The notes: generated by a model not told the origin, from the letters alone. A DNA stretch of 64,000 nt from Acidobacteriota bacterium (GCA_005788175.1 SXYX01000014.1:87277-151276); one strand, 5' to 3'; shown: positions 47,647 through 57,825, numbered from the stretch's first letter. Made by a program: numbers and translations.

Positions 47647-47883
47647 GTTGGTTTCCTTTGTGAAATGGGGCTCAAAGATTCATAATAATTCATAAGAGGA
47701 TGTATAACTACTGAGCAGACCTATAACATTGGTACCGATAAACTATCGGTCAATAAAATGGGGTTTGTTTTGGAGTTCTTCATACAGTCCTGGCCTTTCG
47801 TCTACAGTTACCGTCGGAGTCCTGGAGGTATTTGAGGTTATTTTACAATTTAGATAGCTTGGTTTTTGAGCGTTATCATTCTT

Positions 47884-47912
47884 TTGTTATATTTGTAAAA
47901 ATTGTATATATT
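47884..47912 (+). promoter_or_regulatory. candidate sigma-70 promoter for the Oar-like receptor gene
   Basis: TTGTTA (47884-89), a 17-nt spacer and TATATT (47907-12) would give a 5' UTR of about 170 nt. Confidence 0.4.
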
Positions 47913-47936
47913 GGACTTAAACTATCTATCCTAAGA

Positions 47937-47969
47937 TTAGGCCATACTTTGTATGGCCATTTGGCCTAA
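47937..47969 (+). promoter_or_regulatory. mutually exclusive hairpins built on three GGCC cores
   Basis: GGCCATA-CTTTG-TATGGCC (47940-58) competes with TTAGGCCA (47937-44) pairing to TGGCCTAA (47962-69). Confidence 0.4.
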
Positions 47970-48015
47970 CTCTAGGGAAGATGTTAATTAATGCTTAAAG
48001 CATCAGAACTATGGC

Positions 48016-48048
48016 ATTCTTTGTTGCCAAAGAATTTACTGTCTTTTT
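48016..48048 (+). promoter_or_regulatory. leader hairpin followed by a T-run
   Basis: ATTCTTTG-TTGC-CAAAGAAT (48016-35) is followed by ttactgtcTTTTT, about 40 nt before the ATG at 48088. Confidence 0.35.
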
Positions 48049-48087
48049 CCTCTAACGTCGCTTTCTAACCCTAAGCAAAGGAATGAT

Positions 48088-51063
48088 ATGAAGAACCTTA
48101 AAAATACCCCGATCTATTTAGCCGCCTTAAGCGTCTTTTCCTTAACCCTTGTTGGCCAAAGTTCGTCCGTCACAACCTCGGACCTGAAGGGAGCCGTCAG
48201 GGGGCAAAACGGTGCGCCTGTTTCTAAATCAACGATCCGCCTTATCTCGGAGACGACCAATCTCACGAGAACCACTGTTTCTGATGAGGATGGTAATTAC
48301 ACTTTTCGTTTGATTAGCCCGGGATCTTATTCCCTACTAGTTGAAGCAGACGGATATTCTCCAAAAAAATACGGAAATCTCACCCTACGTTTGGCCACTA
48401 CTTTAAATTTTGACGTCACTCTAAATAAAGAAAATCTCTCGGCAACAGTTGAGGTTACTGGTCTAGGGAATGTAGTAGATCCTTCAAGAACTCAAGTTTC
48501 AACTGTCATAACCAATGATGCGATTATGAATCTTCCTATTAATCGAAGAGATTTCACAGCTTTTAGTTTAACGACTCCAGGTGTCACGGAAGCCAATGGC
48601 CCTGAGAGCCGAAAAGGTGGCGCCGCAACTGATTCGGGCCTATCCTTCGCCGGTATTAATCCAAGATCCAATAACATCATGGTTGATGGAATGGACAATA
48701 ACGATGCGGCCGTAGGTTCAACGCGAACTACTTTCGGTCAAGATTCAATTCAGGAATTTCAGATCGTTACTAATGGATTCAGTGCAGAATATGGTCGTGC
48801 CGCGGGTGGAACTCTCAATGTGATCACCAAGAGTGGTGGTAATGATTATCAGGGATCTGCTTTCTATTTTGGACGACGTGCTCGTTTTGATTCCAAGACA
48901 CCAATTGCTAACCTGCCCTCATCGCAAACTCAAGATCAATATGGATTCAGCGTTAGTGGCCCAATCATTAAAGATCAATTGTTCTATTTCATATCAGTTG
49001 AATCGCTAGGCAAAAAAGACGCCATCAACGTTGCCTTCAGTCAAGACCCAGCAACGAATCAGACCATTGTTTCAGCTATTAACTCTAAGGGCTATAGCGT
49101 TTCACCAGGCCTGACGCCATTCAAAGAAGAATCTACCTCTAACTTAATTAAACTTGACTACATCATTACACCAAACCAACGCTTAAGTGTTCGCTACTCA
49201 CACACTGAGGAATTCAATGGAAGACAACTTGACTTTGGTGGTCAAATTGACCGAAGTTCTGGTGGCGCGAGAGAGATTACAGACGATACTTTTAGTATCA
49301 ATCATCAATGGACATCTAATACTTGGGTAAACGAATTGCGTTACATGGATTCGATGCGTGACCACAATTTAACTAGCTTGAACACAACGGGTACTCCTTG
49401 GATTTCCATCGCAGGTTTTGCCCAGTTTGGAACACAAAGATTTTTACCCCAGTTGAGAACAGAGAAATCGCGTCAAATTTCTGACACATTTTCCTTTTTC
49501 ACAAAAGACCATTCTTATAAAATTGGTGCGGATATCATCACTACCAATGTAAGAGGTGTCTTACCTCTTCAATTTGAAGGTGTTTATAGATTTGGTGGTT
49601 TTCCTGCTGCCACGGGAATCCCTTATACAAATGGACTCACCGCTTTCATCAACAATGCGCCTCTCGTGTATTTACAAAATTTCGGCAGATTCAAATCTGA
49701 CGCCACACAAACCTATGTAAGTACATTCATTCAGGATGATTGGGCAATAACCAAAGACTTTACCCTAAAGCTTGGTCTTCGTTATGACCGAGAAGATAAC
49801 GGAAATTTCCTTTCTAGGAATACAGGACAAATTCCTGCTGCGTACACCGCACTTGCAACACCCGACCACACCACGTCTTTGGGAGTTAATGTTGGTCCAA
49901 TAAGAATTGCTCCAGCATTTCAACAATACCCATATGACAAGTTATTTAAATCCTATCCTTACCCCAACAGCGCTAGGGTTTCTCCAAGAACCTCATTCAG
50001 TTGGCAGGTAGACTCCGACCTTCGGTTATATGGTGGTTATGGAGTATTTTCGGGTAGAACACAAATGGGTCCCATGGGCGCCCTTTCGCTTTCGAATGGT
50101 ACCGATATGCGTAGCATCGTCCTTCAGGGAATTCCCGCTTTTGCATTGTGGAGCAATGCACTCGGTAATACCAATCGACGATTCCAAGTTGAACCCACAG
50201 CTAACCCCGCAGCAGGAATATCCAATTCACTGCTCCTTCCTGGAAAGATTCAAATGTCACGAAGTATTCAGAGCACTTTAGGTGCAGAATACAAATACTC
50301 TGACACACTCTTGTTGACTTTTGATTTAATTCACTCAACTGGTGATGGATTCCTTCAGACCCGTGATATCAATCCAACTGTTCTTAATCCATATGCAAAT
50401 TTTGCTGCAGCAAACTCAGCAACAAATCCATATGTCCGTCGTCCCGATGCGCGCTTTGGCCCTATTTTTCTATATGATTCCTCTGGAACGAGTTCATACA
50501 ACGCAGCTACCGTGACCGCAAATTGGCGCCCGCAGTCAAACTTCGCCGTCAATGCGAACTACACTTTCAGCCGCACAATGGATAACTATATTGATTGGTT
50601 GACTGACTACTATGTCAACAATGGCTTTGATACAGCTGGAGAACAAGGGCCATCCAATCAGGATCAACGTCATCGATTGAATCTCACCATGATTTACAGC
50701 GTGGATTCATGGACATTTTCAATGATCAGTAAAATGTATACCGGCCGACCCTATAATATTTTTGCTGGGGCCGATCTCAATAACAATGGTGATGGTGGCG
50801 CAGGAGACCGACCAGTAGGCGTAGGTCGTAATTCTGAGTATCTACCAAGTAGCCATAATATTGATTTTCGCGTCTCGAAGAGCTTTGCCCTCAAGGGTAA
50901 ACAAAAACTTGAACTTATGGTTGATGTTTTCAATGCGACAAATCACTATACGGTCACACGAGTTCAAAATGTGGCTGCTGTTGCTTCAACCTTTGGTCAA
51001 CCCATTGTCCAAAGCTACGACTTTAGACGTCAGTTCCAATTTGGAGCGCGTTTCAGTTGGTAA
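48088..51063 (+). CDS. Oar-like TonB-dependent outer-membrane receptor (carboxypeptidase-regulatory-like N-domain, plug and barrel)
   Basis: A signal peptide, a CarboxypepD_reg-like segment (GAVRG..G.PVS...I.L......TRTTVSDEDGNYTF..L.PGSY.L) and a C-terminal ...FQFGARFSW ending in an aromatic residue. Confidence 0.8.
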   Translation: MKNLKNTPIYLAALSVFSLTLVGQSSSVTTSDLKGAVRGQNGAPVSKSTIRLISETTNLTRTTVSDEDGNYTFRLISPGSYSLLVEADGYSPKKYGNLTLRLATTLNFDVTLNKENLSATVEVTGLGNVVDPSRTQVSTVITNDAIMNLPINRRDFTAFSLTTPGVTEANGPESRKGGAATDSGLSFAGINPRSNNIMVDGMDNNDAAVGSTRTTFGQDSIQEFQIVTNGFSAEYGRAAGGTLNVITKSGGNDYQGSAFYFGRRARFDSKTPIANLPSSQTQDQYGFSVSGPIIKDQLFYFISVESLGKKDAINVAFSQDPATNQTIVSAINSKGYSVSPGLTPFKEESTSNLIKLDYIITPNQRLSVRYSHTEEFNGRQLDFGGQIDRSSGGAREITDDTFSINHQWTSNTWVNELRYMDSMRDHNLTSLNTTGTPWISIAGFAQFGTQRFLPQLRTEKSRQISDTFSFFTKDHSYKIGADIITTNVRGVLPLQFEGVYRFGGFPAATGIPYTNGLTAFINNAPLVYLQNFGRFKSDATQTYVSTFIQDDWAITKDFTLKLGLRYDREDNGNFLSRNTGQIPAAYTALATPDHTTSLGVNVGPIRIAPAFQQYPYDKLFKSYPYPNSARVSPRTSFSWQVDSDLRLYGGYGVFSGRTQMGPMGALSLSNGTDMRSIVLQGIPAFALWSNALGNTNRRFQVEPTANPAAGISNSLLLPGKIQMSRSIQSTLGAEYKYSDTLLLTFDLIHSTGDGFLQTRDINPTVLNPYANFAAANSATNPYVRRPDARFGPIFLYDSSGTSSYNAATVTANWRPQSNFAVNANYTFSRTMDNYIDWLTDYYVNNGFDTAGEQGPSNQDQRHRLNLTMIYSVDSWTFSMISKMYTGRPYNIFAGADLNNNGDGGAGDRPVGVGRNSEYLPSSHNIDFRVSKSFALKGKQKLELMVDVFNATNHYTVTRVQNVAAVASTFGQPIVQSYDFRRQFQFGARFSW

Positions 51064-51080
51064 ACTAGGTGTCTTCGACA

Positions 51081-51110
51081 AAAAAAGGTGCCACTTGGCA
51101 CCTTTTTTTG
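51081..51110 (+). terminator. rho-independent terminator
   Basis: AAAAAAGGTGCC-ACTT-GGCACCTTTTTTT lies immediately after the receptor stop codon. Confidence 0.8.
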
Positions 51111-51161
51111 TATCTAGAGATCGAATGACGTTGGCTAGACTAAAAGTAATAGGGATTTCAT

Positions 51162-52181
51162 ATGAAGCTCATTAGTTTTAGACACAAAAGTGAAACTCGA
51201 ATCGGAGCTTTGATCAGTTCGAATCAAGGGGTTGATTTTTCTAAACTTCCAGAATCGATTCCACTCACGATGCTCGAACTCATACAACAACAGGAACAAT
51301 ATTTACCTCACCTTAAAAAAGCTCTCTTGAGTCCTCCTGAATTAAGTATATTCAATCTGTCTGATGTTCAAATATTGAGTCCTATAACCAACCCTATCTC
51401 AGTGAGAGATGCCTACGCTTTTCGTCAACACGTAGCCACAGCGCGAAAAAATCGTGGCTTAGAAATGATTCCTGAGTTTGATCAGTTTCCTGTGACGTAT
51501 TTCACCAATCACCTAGCGGTAACCGGGCCTGGTAACGTTATGGTTCAACAACATCATCTTGCCAAATTGGATTACGAACTAGAGGTTGCGGTTGTTCTTG
51601 GAAAGGCTTTGTGGAATGCTACGCTTGAAGAGTGTGATGATGCCATATTTGGATACATGATTATGAATGATTGGAGCGCACGTTATCTGCAAATGGAAGA
51701 AATGAAGCTCTCGCTAGGTCCCGCTAAAGGTAAAGACTTTGCAACAAGTTTGGGTCCCTGGCTAGTCACGAAGGATGAGCTTAAAATTCGATCGACACCG
51801 GGTGGTCATGTGCTTGATGCAACCATGAAGGCTTTCGTGAATGATAAAAATCTCTCGGAGGGTAATGCTAACTCAATGCATTGGACCTTTGCTCAAATCC
51901 TTCAAAGAACCTCTTACGGTATTCACTTGGTACCCGGAGAGATTATCGGATCTGGAACCGTAGGGACGGGTTGCCTTTTGGAACTTAATGGCTCTGGGGT
52001 AACGGATAACCTATGGCTTCAGCCTGGAGATCAGGTTCGGATGGAAATTGAAGGTCTAGGGTCGTTATCCAACGTAGTGGTTCTGCAGGAAGAGCGGCTT
52101 CAAGGAGTATCTCCGTCTCTTTTGGGAGGATCGTTGGGGGATCTCTCCCACCAAACTCCCTCTGGCGAGTCGGGAAACTAG
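51162..52181 (+). CDS. fumarylacetoacetate hydrolase (FAH)-family protein
   Basis: KLDYELEVAVVLGK, MNDWSAR and GPAKGKDF motifs. A tail of about 35 aa follows the usual ...GLGSLSN end. Confidence 0.8.
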   Translation: MKLISFRHKSETRIGALISSNQGVDFSKLPESIPLTMLELIQQQEQYLPHLKKALLSPPELSIFNLSDVQILSPITNPISVRDAYAFRQHVATARKNRGLEMIPEFDQFPVTYFTNHLAVTGPGNVMVQQHHLAKLDYELEVAVVLGKALWNATLEECDDAIFGYMIMNDWSARYLQMEEMKLSLGPAKGKDFATSLGPWLVTKDELKIRSTPGGHVLDATMKAFVNDKNLSEGNANSMHWTFAQILQRTSYGIHLVPGEIIGSGTVGTGCLLELNGSGVTDNLWLQPGDQVRMEIEGLGSLSNVVVLQEERLQGVSPSLLGGSLGDLSHQTPSGESGN

Positions 52182-53045
52182 ATGAATAACCGAATGAAGA
52201 CTGTTGAAGCCAAGGATCTGAATCCAATAGAGACTAATGCTTGGCTATGTGGAGGTATCACGCCGCGACCTATTGCTCTTGTGAGCACAGTTAATAGTGA
52301 AGGTGATCGAAATCTTGCACCCTTCTCTTTTTTTAATGCTTTCGGAAGTAATCCTCCAACAATTGCCTTTGCGCCAAACCGACGAGGTCGTGACGGAAGT
52401 CTCAAGGATACCTATCATAATGTCAAAGCCACTGAACAGTTCGTAGTAGCAACAGTTAGTTATGCTATGACAGAACAAATGAATATTAGTTCGGCAGACT
52501 ATCCATCAACTATTGATGAATTTGTAAAATCTGGATTCACACCGGAGAAAGCAAAATTTATACGACCGGCTTTAATTAAGGAAAGTCCTTTTCAAATGGA
52601 ATGCAAATTGAATCAAATTATTGAACTTGGTGCCGGTCCTGGATCTGGACTAATGATTATTGGCGAAGTTATATGTTTCCATATCGCTGAGAATTGTCTC
52701 CTAAATGGTCTTCCGGATCCAGAGCGCCTTGACCATATCGGCCGTAATGGCGGTTCTTTTTATACTCGTGCTCATGGAGATGCCTTATTTAAGGTTTCTA
52801 AGCCTGCTGGAAAACCAATCGGTTATGACGCGCTACCTAGCCAGATAAGAAAGGCATTTTTTTTAACAGCTAACGACCTGGGGCGTCTCGCAAATTCTGA
52901 CCACATTCCATCTTTTCAAGATTTACGTTCGCCCCAAGATGCCACTGTTTCCTCTGGCAAGATGGAAGAAATTATCTGTGAATCCATTCGTCATAATCGG
53001 TTTGATGACGCTTGGTATTGGATTCAACTTTATAAAGGTAAATAA
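52182..53045 (+). CDS. flavin reductase-like (FMN-binding split-barrel) protein with a C-terminal extension
   Basis: PRPIALVSTVNSEGDRNLAPFSFFNAFGSNPPTIAF. The ATG immediately follows the upstream TAG. Confidence 0.7.
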   Translation: MNNRMKTVEAKDLNPIETNAWLCGGITPRPIALVSTVNSEGDRNLAPFSFFNAFGSNPPTIAFAPNRRGRDGSLKDTYHNVKATEQFVVATVSYAMTEQMNISSADYPSTIDEFVKSGFTPEKAKFIRPALIKESPFQMECKLNQIIELGAGPGSGLMIIGEVICFHIAENCLLNGLPDPERLDHIGRNGGSFYTRAHGDALFKVSKPAGKPIGYDALPSQIRKAFFLTANDLGRLANSDHIPSFQDLRSPQDATVSSGKMEEIICESIRHNRFDDAWYWIQLYKGK

Positions 53046-53048
53046 TTT

Positions 53049-54206
53049 ATGTTTAAATCCTCTCCAATTCGTTATACATCTCTTACGCTTCTCGCGTTCG
53101 CAACATGGATTAGTTTTTGCCATGGGGGGGCCTATCTGTGGCTCGTATTACTTCTAAACCCTTTTGGCTTGATTTTATTTGAAAATACGCTCGGTCATGA
53201 TGAATCAAATGAAGCCTATAGAGGAAAAGGTGTTCTTAATTTTCTGCTGCATTTTACGCTTCCCATGCTTGTACTTCTTCACTTAACGGCTTGGTGGCTA
53301 GTAACGCCTGTCGATCAAGATCCATTCCATTTTGGCTATCTCATCTATCGTCTTTTTGGATTTGATCTCATCCAGGTAAAGCAATCCATGACAACAGCTC
53401 AGTGGGTAGTCTTCGTATTCAACTTAGGTCTTATTAATGCAAATATGTCTTTAGGAGTAGGCCACGAACTCTCTCATCGAGTTAAGAATAGATTTTCTAT
53501 GGCCACTGGTCGTTGGCTAACAGCCTTTGCCGCCGATGCCGCCTTTTCAATTGAACATGTTGTAGGCCACCATGCTCATGTTGCAACTGAAGCAGACCCA
53601 GCCACTGCGAGACGGGGCGAAACAGTTTATGGATTCATTCTTCGGAGTTCTTTGGGACAACTACAAGGTGCTTGGCATATCGAAAAAGCTCGCTGTGAAC
53701 GAAAACACCTTCTTTTTTGGTCCTTAAGCAATCAACTATTTAGAGCTTATCTCATGGTGGGTTCCATTCTTTGCTTGGCTTATCTAGTGGGTCAAGAACG
53801 AGCAGTTGGTCTGTTCTTGATTACCGCAATCATTGCAAAATCAATGTTAGAAATGACTAACTATATTCAGCACTATGGGTTGACCCGTCTCCCTAAAACG
53901 CCTATCGAATCTCATCATTCATGGAACACATGGGTTAATTTAACGAATAGTGTTACTTATAATTTGGCTCGACACTCAGATCATCACATCGAAGGAAGCA
54001 AGCCTTTCTATAAACTTAGATTCCTTGAGAACGTACCCACTCTTCCCTATGGCTACTTAACGATGATCTTCCTTACGTTATTTCCTCCTCTGTTCAAGCA
54101 GATTATGGAACCGGTACTTCGTACCTGGGATCGATCTTTCGCAACAGAGGGCGAAAGAAGATTGGCTCATCGTCATGCCAATGAATTCGGGTGGAATATT
54201 TTCTAG
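53049..54206 (+). CDS. AlkB-family integral-membrane di-iron hydroxylase (alkane 1-monooxygenase-like)
   Basis: All four signature boxes are present: HELSHR, EHVVGHH, NYIQHYGL and ARHSDHH. About 6 TM segments. Confidence 0.8.
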   Translation: MFKSSPIRYTSLTLLAFATWISFCHGGAYLWLVLLLNPFGLILFENTLGHDESNEAYRGKGVLNFLLHFTLPMLVLLHLTAWWLVTPVDQDPFHFGYLIYRLFGFDLIQVKQSMTTAQWVVFVFNLGLINANMSLGVGHELSHRVKNRFSMATGRWLTAFAADAAFSIEHVVGHHAHVATEADPATARRGETVYGFILRSSLGQLQGAWHIEKARCERKHLLFWSLSNQLFRAYLMVGSILCLAYLVGQERAVGLFLITAIIAKSMLEMTNYIQHYGLTRLPKTPIESHHSWNTWVNLTNSVTYNLARHSDHHIEGSKPFYKLRFLENVPTLPYGYLTMIFLTLFPPLFKQIMEPVLRTWDRSFATEGERRLAHRHANEFGWNIF

Positions 54207-54207
54207 C

Positions 54208-55371
54208 CTATTTCCATGAAGCCCAATAATTAAGGGTTTCAACAGCAATAGCTGCTGGTGTTGGATGTAAATAATGAAGAGCATCTACCATTACAGCTAC
54301 TTCATTAGTCCGATCTTTTTTTCGTGATAGCGGGATAGCTTTGGGATGGGGACCATGGTGAATACCGGTAGGGTGCCAAGTGACCATTCCTGCACCAATA
54401 CCATCTCGACTGAAGAAATCACCTTGGCTATAAAATATGACCTCATCGTAATCAATATTGCGATGGAAGAATGGAACTCGCATTGCATCTTCATCTTCTT
54501 CAAATGGTCTAGGTAAAAAAGTACAAACTACAAAATGCGTTGCTAGGAAAGTAGTGTGAATACTTGGAGGTAGATGATAGCGATGACTTGTTACCGGACG
54601 AATATCTTTCACATTAATTTTCATCACTGTTAAATCCCCTTTCCAGCCTACGGCATCTAGGGGGTGAAAGGGATAGGTAACCTTAGTAATTTGATTTTCG
54701 CGCTTAATATGAACCTGATAAACACCAGGGGTGTCTTGATAAACTGCAATTTCAGGCGTATCAATCATTGCAGGATCAAAAAGAGCATTGGGTCCCAGTA
54801 TTCCTCGGTCTGGAATATTTATCTCACTGAAACCTTCTATTAAAAGATACATTTGATCCCCTGCATCAGGGATGTACCGATAAGTTGTTCCTCGAGGTAT
54901 ATAGATATAATCACCTAAAACATAGTTCAAGTTACCAAAGTCAGTTTCTAAAAGCCCTGAACCTTGATGGATATAAAAAAGATCATCACCATCTGCATTC
55001 CGATAAAAGAAGGGCATAGATTTGGGACTTACTAAATGTAAAGCAACATCATTATTTCTTAAAAAACAAATGGGCTTGAATGTGACCTCTTGACTTCCAA
55101 AAGCCGACGCATTTAGTGCGCTTGTGAGATCTTTAGAATTGACTTGCGCATTAATAAAATGATTAAGGTTGTAGCTTCTCGGTCTGAGGGGTCCATCGAT
55201 TTCTGTCCAACTAGTAGGGGGATGTTGTCGATAGAGATGGGACACTTTTCCATAAAACCCTTGGCGACCATGCTCTTCCTCAAACGTTCCTGGAGGCAAA
55301 GAGACGTGCGCCTGGCGGGTATGTATGCCTTTTCGCAGGGGGAATAATGGGGCTGATTTTTTGTTGCTCAT
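54208..55371 (-). CDS. hmgA: homogentisate 1,2-dioxygenase (short bacterial form)
   Basis: FEEEHGRQGFYGKVSHLYRQHPPTSW and a cupin core (YIPRGTTYRY...). Its context with an FAH gene fits. Confidence 0.7.
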   Translation of the reverse strand: MSNKKSAPLFPLRKGIHTRQAHVSLPPGTFEEEHGRQGFYGKVSHLYRQHPPTSWTEIDGPLRPRSYNLNHFINAQVNSKDLTSALNASAFGSQEVTFKPICFLRNNDVALHLVSPKSMPFFYRNADGDDLFYIHQGSGLLETDFGNLNYVLGDYIYIPRGTTYRYIPDAGDQMYLLIEGFSEINIPDRGILGPNALFDPAMIDTPEIAVYQDTPGVYQVHIKRENQITKVTYPFHPLDAVGWKGDLTVMKINVKDIRPVTSHRYHLPPSIHTTFLATHFVVCTFLPRPFEEDEDAMRVPFFHRNIDYDEVIFYSQGDFFSRDGIGAGMVTWHPTGIHHGPHPKAIPLSRKKDRTNEVAVMVDALHYLHPTPAAIAVETLNYWASWK

Positions 55372-55404
55372 AAGAGACCTTAAGTTGTATTTTGTTTGGA
55401 TTGA

Positions 55405-57033
55405 TTAGTCTTTACCCATATAAGGATACCTATAGTCTGTGGGAGGTTGATAAGTTTCTTTGATGGTCCGAGGGCTAATCCATCGAAGTAAATTCAACAT
55501 AGACCCGCCTTTATCGTTAGTACCGCTAGCACGGGCTCCGCCAAAAGGCTGTTGTCCGACCATAGCTCCTGTTGGCTTATCGTTCACATAAAAATTACCT
55601 GCACTATAACGGAGGGCTTTCATAGCTTCTTCAAGCGCAGCTCGATCTTGCGCAAAAACAGCTCCGGTTAGTGCATAGTGAGTGGATTGATCAACGATTG
55701 AGAACATATCTAACCATTTTGCATCCGGATAAACATAAATAGTGAGAATAGGGCCAAAAAGTTCTTCACACATCGTTGTATAGTTTGGATTATCGGTTTG
55801 TATAATCGTAGGACGAATAAAATAACCCTCTCGATCATCATATGTACCACCAGTTAGAATACGTGTCCCTACAACATTTCTAGCTTCTTCGATGGCTTTC
55901 TTGTGGGATGCAAAACTTGGAGCATCGATCACAGCTCCCATAAAATTAGTAAAATCAGAGACATCACCAACTTTGATAGATTCAACCTGATCAATTAATT
56001 CTGTTTCTATTTTTGACCAGACACTTTGTGGAATATAAGCGCGACTAGAAGCTGAACATTTTTGACCTTGATACTCAAAAGAACCTCGAACCAACGCTGT
56101 GATCAAAGCTTTAGGATCGGCTGAAGGGTGAGCTAAAACGAAGTCTTTTCCGCCGGTTTCCCCTACTAGCCTCGGGTAATCACGGTACTGATGAATTCGA
56201 TCTCCTACGGTTTTCCACATATTCTGAAATACAGATGTAGATCCTGTAAAGTGAATCCCCCCTAAATTACGTTGTTGAAGTATCTGGGATCCAATATGCG
56301 AACCTGACCCATAAACTAAATTGATTACACCGTCAGGCAGTCCTGCCTCCGTGAGCAGTTGCATTAAGTAATGAGCACTCAGAGTTGAGGTACTTGCCGG
56401 TTTCCAAACAACCGTATTTCCACAAAGAGCTGGAGCGCATGAAAGATTTGCAGCAATAGATGTGAAATTAAAGGGGGAGACTGCAAAAATAAAACCTTCG
56501 AGGGGCCTATGATCTAATCGATTATTGACTTCGGATGTAGATATGGGTTGTAGTTGTAAGGCTTTTTCATAAAAATGTACATTAAAACGAAAGAAATCAA
56601 TTAATTCACATGATGCATCAATCTCTGCTTGATGAACTGTTTTACTTTGTCCCAATATAGTTGACGCGTTAATGCGATCACGCCATGGACCAGCTAGAAG
56701 ATCAGCGGCATTTAAAAAAACCTGTGCTCGTTTTTCCCACGGCCAAGAGGACCACTCGTAATGACTTTTCAAAGCTGAATCGATAGCTGATTGAACTTCT
56801 TGAGTACCCGCTTGATGATATTGCCCTAACACATGTTTATGACGATGAGGCATGATCGCTTGTCCCATCTTGCCAGTTTGAACAGCCTTACCGTTAATCC
56901 ATAACGGCATGTCGATCGGCTGATTAGACATAGATACCAATGTAGTCTGCAGCAATTTACGCTCAATACTACCTGGTTCATAATTTTTAACGGGTTCGTT
57001 TATAGGCTCTTTTATTTTCAAGGACTCTGGCAT
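55405..57033 (-). CDS. L-glutamate gamma-semialdehyde (delta-1-pyrroline-5-carboxylate) dehydrogenase
   Basis: A 542-aa ALDH-family protein with VGETGGKDF and FEYQGQKCSASSRAY. Confidence 0.85.
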   Translation of the reverse strand: MPESLKIKEPINEPVKNYEPGSIERKLLQTTLVSMSNQPIDMPLWINGKAVQTGKMGQAIMPHRHKHVLGQYHQAGTQEVQSAIDSALKSHYEWSSWPWEKRAQVFLNAADLLAGPWRDRINASTILGQSKTVHQAEIDASCELIDFFRFNVHFYEKALQLQPISTSEVNNRLDHRPLEGFIFAVSPFNFTSIAANLSCAPALCGNTVVWKPASTSTLSAHYLMQLLTEAGLPDGVINLVYGSGSHIGSQILQQRNLGGIHFTGSTSVFQNMWKTVGDRIHQYRDYPRLVGETGGKDFVLAHPSADPKALITALVRGSFEYQGQKCSASSRAYIPQSVWSKIETELIDQVESIKVGDVSDFTNFMGAVIDAPSFASHKKAIEEARNVVGTRILTGGTYDDREGYFIRPTIIQTDNPNYTTMCEELFGPILTIYVYPDAKWLDMFSIVDQSTHYALTGAVFAQDRAALEEAMKALRYSAGNFYVNDKPTGAMVGQQPFGGARASGTNDKGGSMLNLLRWISPRTIKETYQPPTDYRYPYMGKD

Positions 57034-57053
57034 GAAATTTAACCTTTCGGGTA

Positions 57054-57347
57054 TTAAATAGATTCTTTAAGATGCTTTGAGGCTTTGAAAACGACTTTTT
57101 TTCGGGCCGGGATGGCAATCTGCTGGCCCGTTTTGGGATTCCGTCCTATTTTAGGTTTCGTATCTCGTACTTCAAGAATACCGAGTCCGAAAAGATTAAC
57201 TCTACATCCTTCGGTTAATTCAGCAATCATCTTATCTCGGATACGATCCAGTATGATTCTTGCTTTGACCTTTGAAATATCCTGTTCTTCTGCTAAACGT
57301 GAGGCAAGTTCTGCCATTCCTATGGTCGAACTGAGTACTTTTGTCAT
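57054..57347 (-). CDS. HU/IHF-family DNA-binding protein
   Basis: LFGLGILEVRDTKPKIGRNPKTGQQIAIPARKKVVFKAS. The ATG at 57347 is preceded by GGAG. Confidence 0.85.
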   Translation of the reverse strand: MTKVLSSTIGMAELASRLAEEQDISKVKARIILDRIRDKMIAELTEGCRVNLFGLGILEVRDTKPKIGRNPKTGQQIAIPARKKVVFKASKHLKESI

Positions 57348-57366
57348 AAGAAACTCCAATGACTAG

Positions 57367-57825
57367 TTAAGCTTTATCATTTTCTTGAAGAGGGACTACC
57401 TCTACTTCAATTGAAGCAGATATACCCGAGTAAATTTTGACCTCGACAGTGTGGATACCTAAATCCTTGATACGCCCTGCATTGATTTGATGCTTATCAA
57501 CTTTAAAACCTTTTTCAAGAAGTAATGAGGATACTTCTACGTTAGTCACTCTTCCGAATAAATGGCCGTTTTCACCAACTTTTTTAGAAACTGTAACTTT
57601 AGTGCCAGATAACTTGATTTTGAGTTGCTCGGCTTCGAGAACTTCGGTTGCACGAATTTTTTGTGCTTTTTCCTTCTCTAATTCTATTTGTCTTTTATTG
57701 CCGGCAGTGACAGGAATACCAATCTTATTGGGTAATAAATAATTACGTGCATACCCTGGTTTGACCTTAACAATATCTCCCCGGCTTCCGAGACTGATTA
57801 GGTTCTCAATTAATAAAATTTCCAT
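57367..57825 (-). CDS. rplI: 50S ribosomal protein L9
   Basis: MEILLIENLISLGSRGDIVKVKPGYARNYLLP. Confidence 0.95.
   Translation of the reverse strand: MEILLIENLISLGSRGDIVKVKPGYARNYLLPNKIGIPVTAGNKRQIELEKEKAQKIRATEVLEAEQLKIKLSGTKVTVSKKVGENGHLFGRVTNVEVSSLLLEKGFKVDKHQINAGRIKDLGIHTVEVKIYSGISASIEVEVVPLQENDKA

Noticed and set aside
50861-51175. A 104-aa ORF bridges the end of the Oar-like gene, the terminator and the start of the FAH gene.
   Set aside because: It reads through a strong intrinsic terminator hairpin and overlaps two supported genes in other frames.
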